In this document: positions 18,001 through 33,000 of the stretch, piece after piece
Layout: each line of letters opens with the position of its first letter
Numbering within the stretch: position 1 is the stretch's first letter
Assembly: GCA_964016885.1 (NCBI GenBank)
Contig: OZ024748.1
Coordinates: forward strand, 43,648,001-43,712,000
Direction of reading: 5' to 3'
DNA length: 64,000 nt
Source: Eledone cirrhosa
Lineage: Eukaryota
Program-made: the position numbers and the translations under genes
Notes under the pieces: model-generated
The model's input: the letters and a program-made list of their open reading frames with translations, nothing else
The model's database searches: none
Told to the model about the DNA's origin: nothing

Positions 18001-21000
18001 ATAGAATGTCTCTTGTACCTGACACACTGCTGTCACCTTCTACTGACACACCACAATAGAATGTCTCTTGTACCTGACACACTGCTGTCACCTTGTACTG
18101 ACACACCACAATAGAATGTCTCTTGTACCTGACACACTGCTATCACCTTCTACTGACACACCACAATAGAATGTCTCTTGTACCTGACACACTGCTGTCA
18201 CCTTCTACTGACACACCACAATAGAATGTCTCTTGTATCTGACACACTGCTGTCACCTTGTACTGACACACCACAATAGAATGTCTCTTGTACCTGACAC
18301 ACTGCTGTCACCTTGTACTGACACACCACAATAGAATGTCTCTTGTACCTGACACACAGCTGTCACCTTGTACTGACACACCACAATAGAATGTCTCTTG
18401 TACCTGACACACTGCTATCACCTTCTACTGACACACCACAATAGAATGTCTCTTGTACCTGACACACTGCTGTCACCTTGTACTGACACACCACAATAGA
18501 ATGTCTCTTGTACCTGACACACTGCTGTCACCTTCTACTGACACACCACCATAGAATGTCTCTTGTACCTGACACACTGCTGTCACCTTGTGCTGACACA
18601 CCACAATAGAATGTCTCTTGTACCTGACACACTGCTGTCACCTACTGACACACCACAATAGAATGTCTCTTGTACCTGACACACAGCTGTCACCTTGTAC
18701 TGACACACCACAATAGAATGTCTCTTGTACCTGACACACTGCTATCACCTTCTACTGACACACCACAATAGAATGTCTCTTGTACCTGACACACTGCTGT
18801 CACCTTGTACTGACACACCACAATAGAATGTCTCTTGTACCTGACACACTGCTGTCACCTTCTACTGACACACCACAATAGAATATCTCTTGTACCTGAC
18901 ACACTGCTGTCACCTTGTGCTGACACACCACAATAGAATGTCTCTTGTACCTGACACAGTGCTGTCACCTTGTACTGACACACCACAATAGAATGTCTCT
19001 TGTACCTGACACACTGCTGTCACCTTGTATTGACACACCACAATAGAATGTCTCTTGTACCTGACACACTGCTGTCACCTACTGACACACCACAATAGAA
19101 TGTCTCTTGTACCTGACACACTGCTGTCACCTTGTGCTGACACACCACAATAGAATGTCTCTTGTACCTGACACAGTGCTGTCACCTTGTACTGACACAC
19201 CACAATAGAATGTCTCTTGTACCTGACACACTGCTGTCACCTTCTACTGACACACCACAATAGAATGTCTCTTGTACCTGACACACTGCTGTCACCTTGT
19301 ACTGACACACCACAATAGAATGTCTCTTGTACCTGACACACTACTGTCATCTTCTACTGACACACCACAATAGAATGTCTTTTGTACCTGACACACTGCT
19401 GTTACCTTGTAATGACACACCACAATAGAATGTCTCTTGTACCTGACACACTGCTGTCACCTTGTACTGACACACCACAATAGAATGTCTCTTGTACCTG
19501 ACACACTGCTGTCACCTTGTACTGACACACCACATTAGAATGTCTCTTGTACCTGACACACTGCTGTCACCTTCTACTGACACACCACAATAGAATGTCT
19601 TTTGTACCTGACACACTGCTGTTACCTTGTACTGACACACCACAATAGAATGTCTCTTGTACCTGACACACTGCTGTCACCTTCTACTGACACACCACAA
19701 TAGAATGTCTTTTGTACCTGACACACTGCTGTTACCTTGTAATGACACACCACAATAGAATGTCTCTTGTACCTGACACACTGCTGTCACCTTGTACTGA
19801 CACACCACAATAGAATGTCTCTTGTACCTGACACACTGCTGTCACCTTGTACTGACACACCACAATAGAATGTCTCTTGTACCTGACACACTGCTGTCAC
19901 CTTGTACTGACACACCACAATAGAATGTCTCTTGTACCTGACACACTGCTGTCACCTTCTACTGACACACCACAATAGAATGTCTCTTGTACCTGACACA
20001 CTGCTGTCACCTTCTACTGACACACCACAATAGAATGTCTCTTGTACCTGACACACTGCTGTCACCTTGTACTGACACACCACAATAGAATGTCTCTTGT
20101 ACCTGACACACTGCTGTCACCTTCTACTGACACACCACAATAGAATGTCTCTTGTACCTGACACACTGCTGTCACCTTGTACTGACACACCACAATAGAA
20201 TGTCTCTTGTACCTGACACACTGCTGTCACCTTCTACTGACACACCACAATAGAATGTCTCTTATACCTGACACACAGCTGTCACCTTCTACTGACACAC
20301 CACAATAGAATGTCTCTTGTACCTGACACACTGCTGTCACCTTGTACTGACACACCACAATAGAATGTCTCTTGTACCTGACACACAGCTGTCACCTTGT
20401 ACTGACACACCACAATAGAATGTCTCTTGTACCTGACAACACTGCTGTCACCTTCTACTGACACACCACAATAGAATGTCTCTTGTATCTGACACACTGC
20501 TGTCAACCTGTACTGACACACCACAATAGAATGTCTCTTGTACCTGACACACTGCTGTCACCTTCTACTGACACACCACAATAGAATGTCTCTTGTACCT
20601 GACACACTGCTGTCACCTTGTACTGACACACCACAATAGAATGTCTCTTGTACCTGACACACTGCTATCACCTTCTACTGACACACCACAATAGAATGTC
20701 TCTTGTACCTGACACACTGCTGTCACCTTCTACTGACACACCACAATAGAATGTCTCGTGTATCTGACACACTGCTGTCACCTTGTACTGACACACCACA
20801 ATAGAATGTCTCTTGTACCTGACACACTGCTGTCACCTTGTACTGACACACCACAATAGAATGTCTCTTGTACCTGACACACAGCTGTCACCTTGTACTG
20901 ACACACCACAATAGAATGTCTCTTGTACCTGACACACTGCTATCACCTTCTACTGACACACCACAATAGAATGTCTCTTGTACCTGACACACTGCTATCA

Positions 21001-24000
21001 CCTTGTACTGACACACCACAATAGAATGTCTCTTGTACCTGACACACTGCTGTCACCTTGTACTGACACACCACAATAGAATGTCTCTTGTACCTGACAC
21101 ACTGCTGTCACCTTGTGTGACACACCACAATAGAATGTCTCTTGTACCTGACACAGTGCTGTCACCTTGTACTGACACACCACAATAGAATGTCTCTTGT
21201 ACCTGACACACTGCTGTCACCTTGTACTGACACACCACAATAGAATGTCTCTTGTACCTGACACACCACAATAGAATGTCTCTTGTACCTGACACACTGC
21301 TGTCACCTTCTACTGACACACCACAATAGAATGTCTCTTGTACCTGACACACAGCTGTCACCTTGTAATGACACACAACAATAGAATGTCTCTTGTACCT
21401 GACACACTGCTGTCACCTTGTACTGACACACCACAATAGAATGTCTCTTGTACCTGACACACAGCTGTCACCTTGTAATGACACACCACAATAGAATGTC
21501 TCTTGTACCTGACACACTGCTGTCACCTTCTACTGACACACCACAATAGAATGTCTCTTGTACCTGACACACTGCTGTCACCTTGTACTGACACACCACA
21601 ATAGAATGTCTCTTGTACCTGACACACTGCTGTCACCTTCTACTGACACACCACAATAGAATGTCTCTTGTACCTGACACACTGCTGTCACCTTCTACTG
21701 ACACACCACAATAGAATGTCTCTTGTACCTGACACACTGCTGTCACCTTCTACTGACACACCACAATAGAATGTCTTGTACATGACAAACTGCTGTCACC
21801 TTGTACTGACACACCACAATAGAATGTCTCTTGTACCTGACACACTGCTGTCACCTTTTACTGACACACCACAATAGAATGTCTCTTGTACCTGACACAC
21901 TGCTGTCACCTTGTACTGACACACCACAATAGAATGTCTCTTGTACCTGACACACAGCTGTCACCTTGTAATGACACACAACAATAGAATGTCTCTTGTA
22001 CCTGACACACTGCTGTCACCTTGTACTGACACACCACAATAGAATGTCTCTTGTACCTGACACACAGCTGTCACCTTGTAATGACAACACCACAATAGAA
22101 TGTCTCTTGTACCTGACACACTGCTGTCACCTTCTACTGACACACCACAATAGAATGTCTCTTGTACCTGACACACTGCTGTCACCTTGTACTGACACAC
22201 CACAATAGAATGTCTCTTGTACCTGACACACTGCTGTCACCTTCTACTGACACACCACAATAGAATGTCTCTTGTACCTGACACACTGCTGTCACCTTCT
22301 ACTGACACACCACAATAGAATGTCTCTTGTACCTGACACACTGCTATCACCTTCTACTGACACACCACAATAGAATGTCTTGTACCTGACAAACTGCTGT
22401 CACCTTGTACTGACACACCACAATAGAATGTCTCTTGTACCTGACACACTGCTGTCACCTTCTACTGACACACCACAATAGAATGTCTCTTGTACCTGAC
22501 ACACTGCTGTCACCTTGTACTGACACACCACAATAGAATGTCTCTTGTACCTGACACACTGCTGTCACCTTGTACTGACACACCACAATAGAATGTCTCT
22601 TGTATCTGACACACTGCTGTCACCTTGTACTGACACACCACAATAGAATGTCTCTTGTACCTGACACACTGCTGTCACCTTGTACTGACACACCACAATA
22701 GAATGTCTCCTGTACCTGACACACTGCTGTCACCTTCTACTGACACACCACAATAGAATGTCTCTTGTACCTGACACACAGCTGTCACCTTCTACTGACA
22801 CACCACAATAGAATGTCTCTTGTACCTGACACACTGCTGTCACCTTGTACTGACACACCACAATAGAATGTCTCTTGTACCTGACACACTGCTGTCACCT
22901 TCTACTGACACACCACAATAGAATGTCTCTTGTACCTGACACACTGCTGTCACCTTCTACTGACACACCACAATAGAATGTCTCTTGTACCTGACACACA
23001 GCTGTCACCTTGTACTGACACACCACAATAGAATGTCTCTTGTACCTGACACACTGCTGTCACCTTCTACTGACACACCACAATAGAATGTCTCTTGTAC
23101 CTGACACACTGCTGTCACCTTCTACTGACACACCACAATAGAATGTCTCTTGTACCTGACACACTGCTGTCACCTTGTACTGACACACCACAATAGAATG
23201 TCTTGTACCTGACACACTGCTATCACCTTCTACTGACACACCACAATAGAATGTCTCTTGTACCTGACACACTGCTATCACCTTCTACTGACACACCACA
23301 ATAGAATGTCTCTTGTATCTGACACACTGCTGTCACTTTGTACTGACACACCACAATAGAATGTCTCTTGTACCTGACACACTGCTGTCACCTTCTACTG
23401 ACACACCACAATAGAATGTCTCTTGTACCTGACACACTGCTATCACCTTCTACTGACACACCACAATAGAATGTCTCTTGTACCTGACACACTGCTGTCA
23501 CCTTCTACTGACACACCACAATAGAATGTCTCTTGTATCTGACACACTGCTGTCACCTTGTACTGACACACCACAATAGAATGTCTCTTGTACCTGACAC
23601 ACTGCTGTCACCTTGTACTGACACACCACAATAGAATGTCTCTTGTACCTGAAACACAGCTGTCACCTTGTACTGACACACCACAATAGAATGTCTCTTG
23701 TACCTGACACACTGCTATCACCTTCTACTGACACACCACAATAGAATGTCTCTTGTACCTGACACACTGCTGTCACCTTGTACTGACACACCACAATAGA
23801 ATGTCTCTTGTACCTGACACACTGCTGTCACCTTGTACTGACACACCACAATAGAATGTCTCTTGTACCTGACACACTGCTGTCACCTTGTGCTGACACA
23901 CCACAATAGAATGTCTCTTGTACCTGACACACTGCTGTCACCTACTGACACACCACAATAGAATGTCTCTTGTACCTGACACACAGCTGTCACCTTGTAC

Positions 24001-27000
24001 TGACACACCACAATAGAATGTCTCTTGTACCTGACACACTGCTATCACCTTCTACTGACACACCACAATAGAATGTCTCTTGTACCTGACACACTGCTGT
24101 CACCTTGTACTGACATACCACAATAGAATGTCTCTTGTACCTGACACACTGCTGTCACCTTCTACTGACACACCACAATAGAATGTCTCTTGTACCTGAC
24201 ACACTGCTGTCACCTTGTGCTGACACACCACAATAGAATGTCTCTTGTACCTGACACAGTGCTGTCACCTTGTACTGACACACCACAATAGAATGTCTCT
24301 TGTACCTGACACACTGCTGTCACCTTGTATTGACACACCACAATAGAATGTCTCTTGTACCTGACACACTGCTGTCACCTACTGACACACCACAATAGAA
24401 TGTCTCTTGTACCTGACACACTGCTGTCACCTTGTGCTGACACACCACAATAGAATGTCTCTTGTACCTGACACAGTGCTGTCACCTTGTACTGACACAC
24501 CACAATAGAATGTCTCTTGTACCTGACACACTGCTGTCACCTTCTACTGACACACCACAATAGAATGTCTCTTGTACCTGACACACTGCTGTCACCTTGT
24601 ACTGACACACCACAATAGAATGTCTCTTGTACCTGACACACTGCTGTCATCTTCTACTGACACACCACAATAGAATGTCTTTTGTACCTGACACACTGCT
24701 GTTACCTTGTAATGACACACCACAATAGAATGTCTCTTCTACCTGACACACTGCTGTTACCTTGTAATGACACACCACAATAGAATGTCTCTTCTACCTG
24801 ACACACTGCTGTCACCTTGTACTGACACACCACAATAGAATGTCTCTTGTACCTGACACACTGCTGTCACCTTGTACTGACACACCACAATAGAATGTCT
24901 CTTGTACCTGACACACTGCTGTCACCTTGTACTGACACACCACAATAGAATGTGTTGTACCTGACACACTGCTGTCACCTTCTACTGACACACCACAATA
25001 GAATGTCTCTTGTACCTGACACACTGCTGTCACCTTGTACTGACACACCACAATAGAATGTCTCTTGTACCTGACACACTGCTGTCACCTTGTACTGACA
25101 CACCACAATAGAATGTCTCTTGTACCTGACACACTGCTGTCACCTTCTACTGACACACCACAATAGAATGTCTTTTGTACCTGACACACTGCTGTTACCT
25201 TGTACTGGCACACCACAATAGAATGTCTCTTGTACCTGACACACTGCTGTCACCTTCTACTGACACACCACAATAGAATGTCTTTTGTACCTGACACACT
25301 GCTGTTACCTTGTAATGACACACCACAATAGAATGTCTCTTGTACCTGACACACTGCTGTCACCCTGTACTGACACACCACAATAGAATGTCTCTTGTAC
25401 CTGACACACTGCTGTCACCTTGTACTGACACACCACAATAGAATGTCTCTTGTACCTGACACACTGCTGTCACCTTGTACTGACACACCACAATAGAATG
25501 TCTCTTGTACCTGACACACTGCTGTCACCTTCTACTGACACACCACAATAGAATGTCTCTTGTACCTGACACACTGCTGTCACCTTCTACTGACACACCA
25601 CAATAGAATGTCTCTTGTACCTGACACACTGCTGTCACCTTCTACTGACACACCACAATAGAATGTCTCTTGTACCTGACACACTGCTGTCACCTTCTAC
25701 TGACACACCACAATAGAATGTCTCTTGTACCTGACACACTGCTGTCACCTTGTACTGACACACCACAATAGAATGTCTCTTGTACCTGACACACTGCTGT
25801 CACCTTCTACTGACACACCACAATAGAATGTCTCTTGTACCTGACACACAGCTGTCACCTTCTACTGACACACCACAATAGAATGTCTCTTGTACCTGAC
25901 ACACTGCTGTCACCTTGTACTGACACACCACAATAGAATGTCTCTTGTACCTGACACACAGCTGTCACCTTGTACTGACACACCACAATAGAATGTCTCT
26001 TGTACCTGACACACTGCTGTCACCTTCTACTGACACACCACAATAGAATGTCTCTTGTATCTGACACACTGCTGTCACCCTGTACTGACACACCACAATA
26101 GAATGTCTCTTGTACCTGACACACTGCTGTCACCTTCTACTGACACACCACAATAGAATGTCTCTTGTACCTGACACACTGCTGTCACCTTGTACTGACA
26201 CACCACAATAGAATGTCTCTTGTACCTGACACACTGCTATCACCTTCTACTGACACACCACAATAGAATGTCTCTTGTACCTGACACACTGCTGTCACCT
26301 TCTACTGACACACCACAATAGAATGTCTCGTGTATCTGACACACTGCTGTCACCTTGTACTGACACACCACAATAGAATGTCTCTTGTACCTAACACACT
26401 GCTGTCACCTTGTACTGACACACCACAATAGAATGTCTCTTGTACCTGACACACAGCTGTCACCTTGTACTGACACACCACAATAGAATGTCTCTTGTAC
26501 CTGACACACTGCTATCACCTTCTACTGACACACCACAATAGAATGTCTCTTGTACCTGACACAGTGCTGTCACCTTGTACTGACACACCACAATAGAATG
26601 TCTCTTGTACCTGACACACTGCTGTCACCTTGTACTGACACACCACAATAGAATGTCTCTTGTACCTGACACACCACAATAGAATGTCTCTTGTACCTGA
26701 CACACTGCTGTCACCTTCTACTGACACACCACAATAGAATGTCTCTTGTACCTGACACACAGCTGTCACATTGTGCTGACACACCACAATAGAATGTCTT
26801 GTACCTGACACACTGCTGTCAGCTTGTACTGACACACCACAATAGAATGTCTCTTGTACCTGACACACAGCTGTCACCTTGTAATGACACACAACAATAG
26901 AATGTCTCTTGTACCTGACACACTGCTGTCACCTTGTACTGACACACCACAATAGAATGTCTCTTGTACCTGACACACAGCTGTCACCTTGTAATGACAC

Positions 27001-30000
27001 ACCACAATAGAATGTCTCTTGTACCTGACACACTGCTGTCACCTTCTACTGACACACCACAATAGAATGTCTCTTGTACCTGACACACTGCTGTCACCTT
27101 GTACTGACACACCACAATAGAATGTCTCTTGTACCTGACACACTGCTGTCACCTTCTACTGACACACCACAATAGAATGTCTCTTGTACCTGACACACTG
27201 CTGTCACCTTCTACTGACACACCACAATAGAATGTCTCTTGTACCTGACACACTGCTATCACCTTCTACTGACACACCACAATAGAATGTCTTGTACATG
27301 ACAAACTGCTGTCACCTTGTACTGACACACCACAATAGAATGTCTCTTGTACCTGACACACTGCTGTCACCTTCTACTGACACACCACAACAGAATGTCT
27401 CTTGTACCTGACACACTGCTGTCACCTTGTACTGACACACCACAATAGAATGTCTCTTGTACCTGACACACTGCTGTCACCTTGTACTGACACACCACAA
27501 TAGAATGTCTCTTGTATCTGACACACTGCTGTCACCTTGTACTGACACACCACAATAGAATGTCTCTTGTACCTGACACACTGCTGTTACCTTGTGCTGA
27601 CACACCACAATAGAATGTCTCTTGTACCTGACACACTGCTGTCACCTTGTACTGACACACCACAATAGAATGTCTCTTGTACTTGACACACTGCTGTCAC
27701 CTTCTACTGACACACCACAATAGAATGTCTCTTGTACCTGACACACTGCTGTCACCTTCTACTGACACACCACAATAGAATGTCTCTTGTACCTGACACA
27801 CTGCTGTCACCTTGTACTGACACACCACAATAGAATGTCTCTTGTACCTGACACACTGCTGTCACCTTCTACTGACACACCACAATAGAATGTCTCTTGT
27901 ACCTGACACACAGCTGTCACCTTCTACTGACACACCACAATAGAATGTCTCTTGTACCTGACACACTGCTGTCACCTTGTACTGACACACCACAATAGAA
28001 TGTCTCTTGTACCTGACACACTGCTGTCACCTTCTACTGACACACCACAATAGAATGTCTCTTGTACCTGACACACTGCTATCACCTTCTACTGACACAC
28101 CACAATAGAATGTCTCTTGTACCTGACACACAGCTGTCACCTTGTACTGACACACCACAATAGAATGTCTCTTGTACCTGACACACTGCTGTCACCTTCT
28201 ACTGACACACCACAATAGAATGTCTCTTGTACCTGACACACTGCTGTCACCTTCTACTGACACACCACAATAGAATGTCTCTTGTACCTGACACACTGCT
28301 GTCACCTTGTACTGACACACCACAATAGAATGTCTTGTACCTGACACACTGCTATCACCTTCTACTGACACACCACAATAGAATGTCTCTTGTACCTGAC
28401 ACACTGCTGTTACCTTGTGCTGACACACCACAATAGAATGTCTCTTGTACCTGACACACTGCTGTCACCTTGTACTGACACACCACAATAGAATGTCTCT
28501 TGTACCTGACAGACTGCTGTCACCTTGTGCTGACACACCACAATAGAATGTCTCTTGTACCTGACACAGTGCTGTCACCTTGTACTGACACACCACAATA
28601 GAATGTCTCTTGTACCTGACACACTGCTGTCACCTTGTACTGACACACCACAATAGAATGTCTCTTGTACCTGACACACTGCTGTCACCTACTGACACAC
28701 CACAATAGAATGTCTCTTGTACCTGACACACTGCTGTCACCATCTACTGACACACCACAATAGAATGTTTCTTGTACCTGACACACAGCTGTCACATTGT
28801 GCTGACACACCACAATAGAATGGTCTCTTATACCTGACACACTGCTGTCACCTTGTACTGACACACCACAATAGAATGTCTCTTGTACCTGACACACAGC
28901 TGTCACCTTGTAATGACACACCACAATAGAATGTCTCTTGTACCTGACACACTGCTGTCACCTTTTACCGACACACCACAATAGAATGTCTCTTGTACCT
29001 GACACACAGCTGTCACCTTGTAATGACACACCACAATAGAATGTCTCTTGTACCTGACACACTGCTGTCACCTTCTACTGACACACCACAATAGAATGTC
29101 TCTTGTACCTGACACACTGCTGTCACCTTCTACTGACACACCACAATAGAATGTCTCTTGTACCTGACACACTGCTGTCACCTTGTACTGACACACCACA
29201 ATAGAATGTCTCTTGTACCTGACACACTGCTGTCACCTTCTACTGACACACCACAATAGAATGTCTCTTGTACCTGACACACAGCTGTCACCTTCTACTG
29301 ACACACCACAATAGAATGTCTCTTGTACCTGACACACTGCTGTCACCTTGTACTGACACACCACAATAGAATGTCTCTTGTACCTGACACACTGCTGTCA
29401 CCTTCTACTGACACACCACAATAGAATGTCTCTTGTACCTGACACACTGCTATCACCTTCTACTGACACACCACAATAGAATGTCTCTTGTACCTGACAC
29501 ACAGCTGTCACCTTGTACTGACACACCACAATAGAATGTCTCTTGTACCTGACACACTGCTGTCACCTTCTACTGACACACCACAATAGAATGTCTCTTG
29601 TACCTGACACACTGCTGTCACCTTCTACTGACACACCACAATAGAATGTCTCTTGTACCTGACACACTGCTGTCACCTTGTACTGACACACCACAATAGA
29701 ATGTCTTGTACCTGACACACTGCTATCACCTTCTACTGACACACCACAATAGAATGTCTCTTGTACCTGACACACTGCTGTTACCTTGTGCTGACACACC
29801 ACAATAGAATGTCTCTTGTACCTGACACACTGCTGTCACCTTGTACTGACACACCACAATAGAATGTCTCTTGTACCTGACAGACTGCTGTCACCTTGTG
29901 CTGACACACCACAATAGAATGTCTCTTGTACCTGACACAGTGCTGTCACCTTGTACTGACACACCACAATAGAATGTCTCTTGTACCTGACACACTGCTG

Positions 30001-33000
30001 TCACCTTGTACTGACACACCACAATAGAATGTCTCTTGTACCTGACACACTGCTGTCACCTACTGACACACCACAATAGAATGTCTCTTGTACCTGACAC
30101 ACTGCTGTCACCATCTACTGACACACCACAATAGAATGTTTCTTGTACCTGACACACAGCTGTCACATTGTGCTGACACACCACAATAGAATGGTCTCTT
30201 ATACCTGACACACTGCTGTCACCTTGTACTGACACACCACAATAGAATGTCTCTTGTACCTGACACACAGCTGTCACCTTGTAATGACACACCACAATAG
30301 AATGTCTCTTGTACCTGACACACTGCTGTCACCTTTTACCGACACACCACAATAGAATGTCTCTTGTACCTGACACACAGCTGTCACCTTGTAATGACAC
30401 ACCACAATAGAATGTCTCTTGTACCTGACACACTGCTGTCACCTTCTACTGACACACCACAATAGAATGTCTCTTGTACCTGACACACTGCTATCACCTT
30501 CTACTGACACACCACAATAGAATGTCTTGTACCTGACACACTGCTGTCACCTTGTACTGACACACCACAATAGAATGTCTCTTGTACCTGACACACTGCT
30601 GTCACCTTCTACTGACACACCACAATAGAATGTCTCTTGTACCTGACACACTGCTATCACCTTCTACTGACACACCACAATAGAATGTCTTGTACCTGAC
30701 ACACTGCTGTCACCTTGTACTGACACACCACAATAGAATGTCTCTTGTACCTGACACACTGCTGTCACCTTGTACTGACACACCACAATAGAATGGTCTC
30801 TTATACCTGACACACTGCTGTCACCTTGTACTGACACACCACAATAGAATGTCTCTTGTACCTGACACACTGCTGTCACCTTGTACTGACACACCACAAT
30901 AGAATGTCTCTTGTACCTGACACACTGCTGTCACCTTGTACTGACACACCACAATAGAATGTCTCTTGTACCTGACACACTGCTGTCACCTTGTACTGAC
31001 ACACCACAATAGAATGTCTCTTGTACCTGACACACTGCTGTCACCTTCTACTGACACACCACAATAGAATGTCTCTTGTACCTGACACACTGCTGTCACC
31101 TTGTGCTGACACACCACAATAGAATGTCTCTTGTACCTGACACACTGCTGTCACCTTCTACTGACACACCACAATAGAATGTCTCTTGTACCTGACACAC
31201 TGCTGTCACCTTGTGCTGACACACCACAATAGAATGTCTCTTGTACCTGACACACTGCTGTCACCTGGTGCTGACACACCACAATAGAATGTCTCTTGTA
31301 CCTGACACACTGCTGTCACCTTGTACTGACACACCACAATAGAATGTCTTTTGTACCTGACACACTGCTGTCACCTTCTACTGACACACCACAATAGAAT
31401 GTCTCTTGTACCTGACACACTGCTGTCACCTTCTACTGACACACCACAATAGAATGTCTTTTGTACCTGACACACTGCTGTCACCTTGTACTGACACACC
31501 ACAAGAGAATGTCTCTTGTACCTGACACACTGCTGTCACCTTGTACTGACACACCACAATAGAATGTCTCTTGTACCTGACACACTGCTGTCACCTGGTG
31601 CTGACACACCACAATAGAATGTCTTTTGTACCTGACACACTGCTGTCACCTTCTACTGACACACCACAATAGAATGTCTCTTGTACCTGACACAGTGCTG
31701 TCACCTTCTACTGACACACCACAATAGAATGTCTCTTGTACCTGACACACTGCTGTCACCTTGTACTGACACACCACAATAGAATGGTCTCTTATACCTG
31801 ACACACTGCTGTCACCTTGTACTGACACACCACAATAGAATGTCTCTTGTACCTGACACACTGCTGTCACCTTGTACTGACACACCACAATAGAATGTCT
31901 CTTGTACCTGACACACTGCTGTCACCTTGTACTGACACACCACAATAGAATGTCTCTTGTACCTGACACACTGCTGTCACCTTGTACTGACACACCACAA
32001 TAGAATGTCTCTTGTACCTGACACACTGCTGTCACCTTCTACTGACACACCACAATAGAATGTCTCTTGTACCTGACACACTGCTGTCACCTTGTGCTGA
32101 CACACCACAATAGAATGTCTCTTGTACCTGACACACTGCTGTCACCTTCTACTGACACACCACAATAGAATGTCTCTTGTACCTGACACACTGCTGTCAC
32201 CTTGTGCTGACACACCACAATAGAATGTCTCTTGTACCTGACACACTGCTGTCACCTGGTGCTGACACACCACAATAGAATGTCTCTTGTACCTGACACA
32301 CTGCTGTCACCTTGTACTGACACACCACAATAGAATGTCTTTTGTACCTGACACACTGCTGTCACCTTCTACTGACACACCACAATAGAATGTCTCTTGT
32401 ACCTGACACACTGCTGTCACCTTCTACTGACACACCACAATAGAATGTCTTTTGTACCTGACACACTGCTGTCACCTTGTACTGACACACCACAAGAGAA
32501 TGTCTCTTGTACCTGACACACTGCTGTCACCTTGTACTGACACACCACAATAGAATGTCTCTTGTACCTGACACACTGCTGTCACCTGGTGCTGACACAC
32601 CACAATAGAATGTCTTTTGTACCTGACACACTGCTGTCACCTTCTACTGACACACCACAATAGAATGTCTCTTGTACCTGACACAGTGCTGTCACCTTCT
32701 ACTGACACACCACAATAGAATGTCTCTTGTACCTGACACACTGCTGTCACCTTCTACTGACACACCACAATAGAATGTCTATTGAACCTGACACACTGCT
32801 GTCACCTTCTACTGACACACCACAATAGAATGTCTCTTGTACCTGACACACTGCTGTCACCTTCTACTGACACACCACAATAGAATGTCTATTGAACCTG
32901 ACACACTGCTGTCACCTTCTACTGACACACCACAATAGAATGTCTCTTGTACCTGACACACAGCTGTCACCTTGTACTAACACACCACAATAGAATGTCT

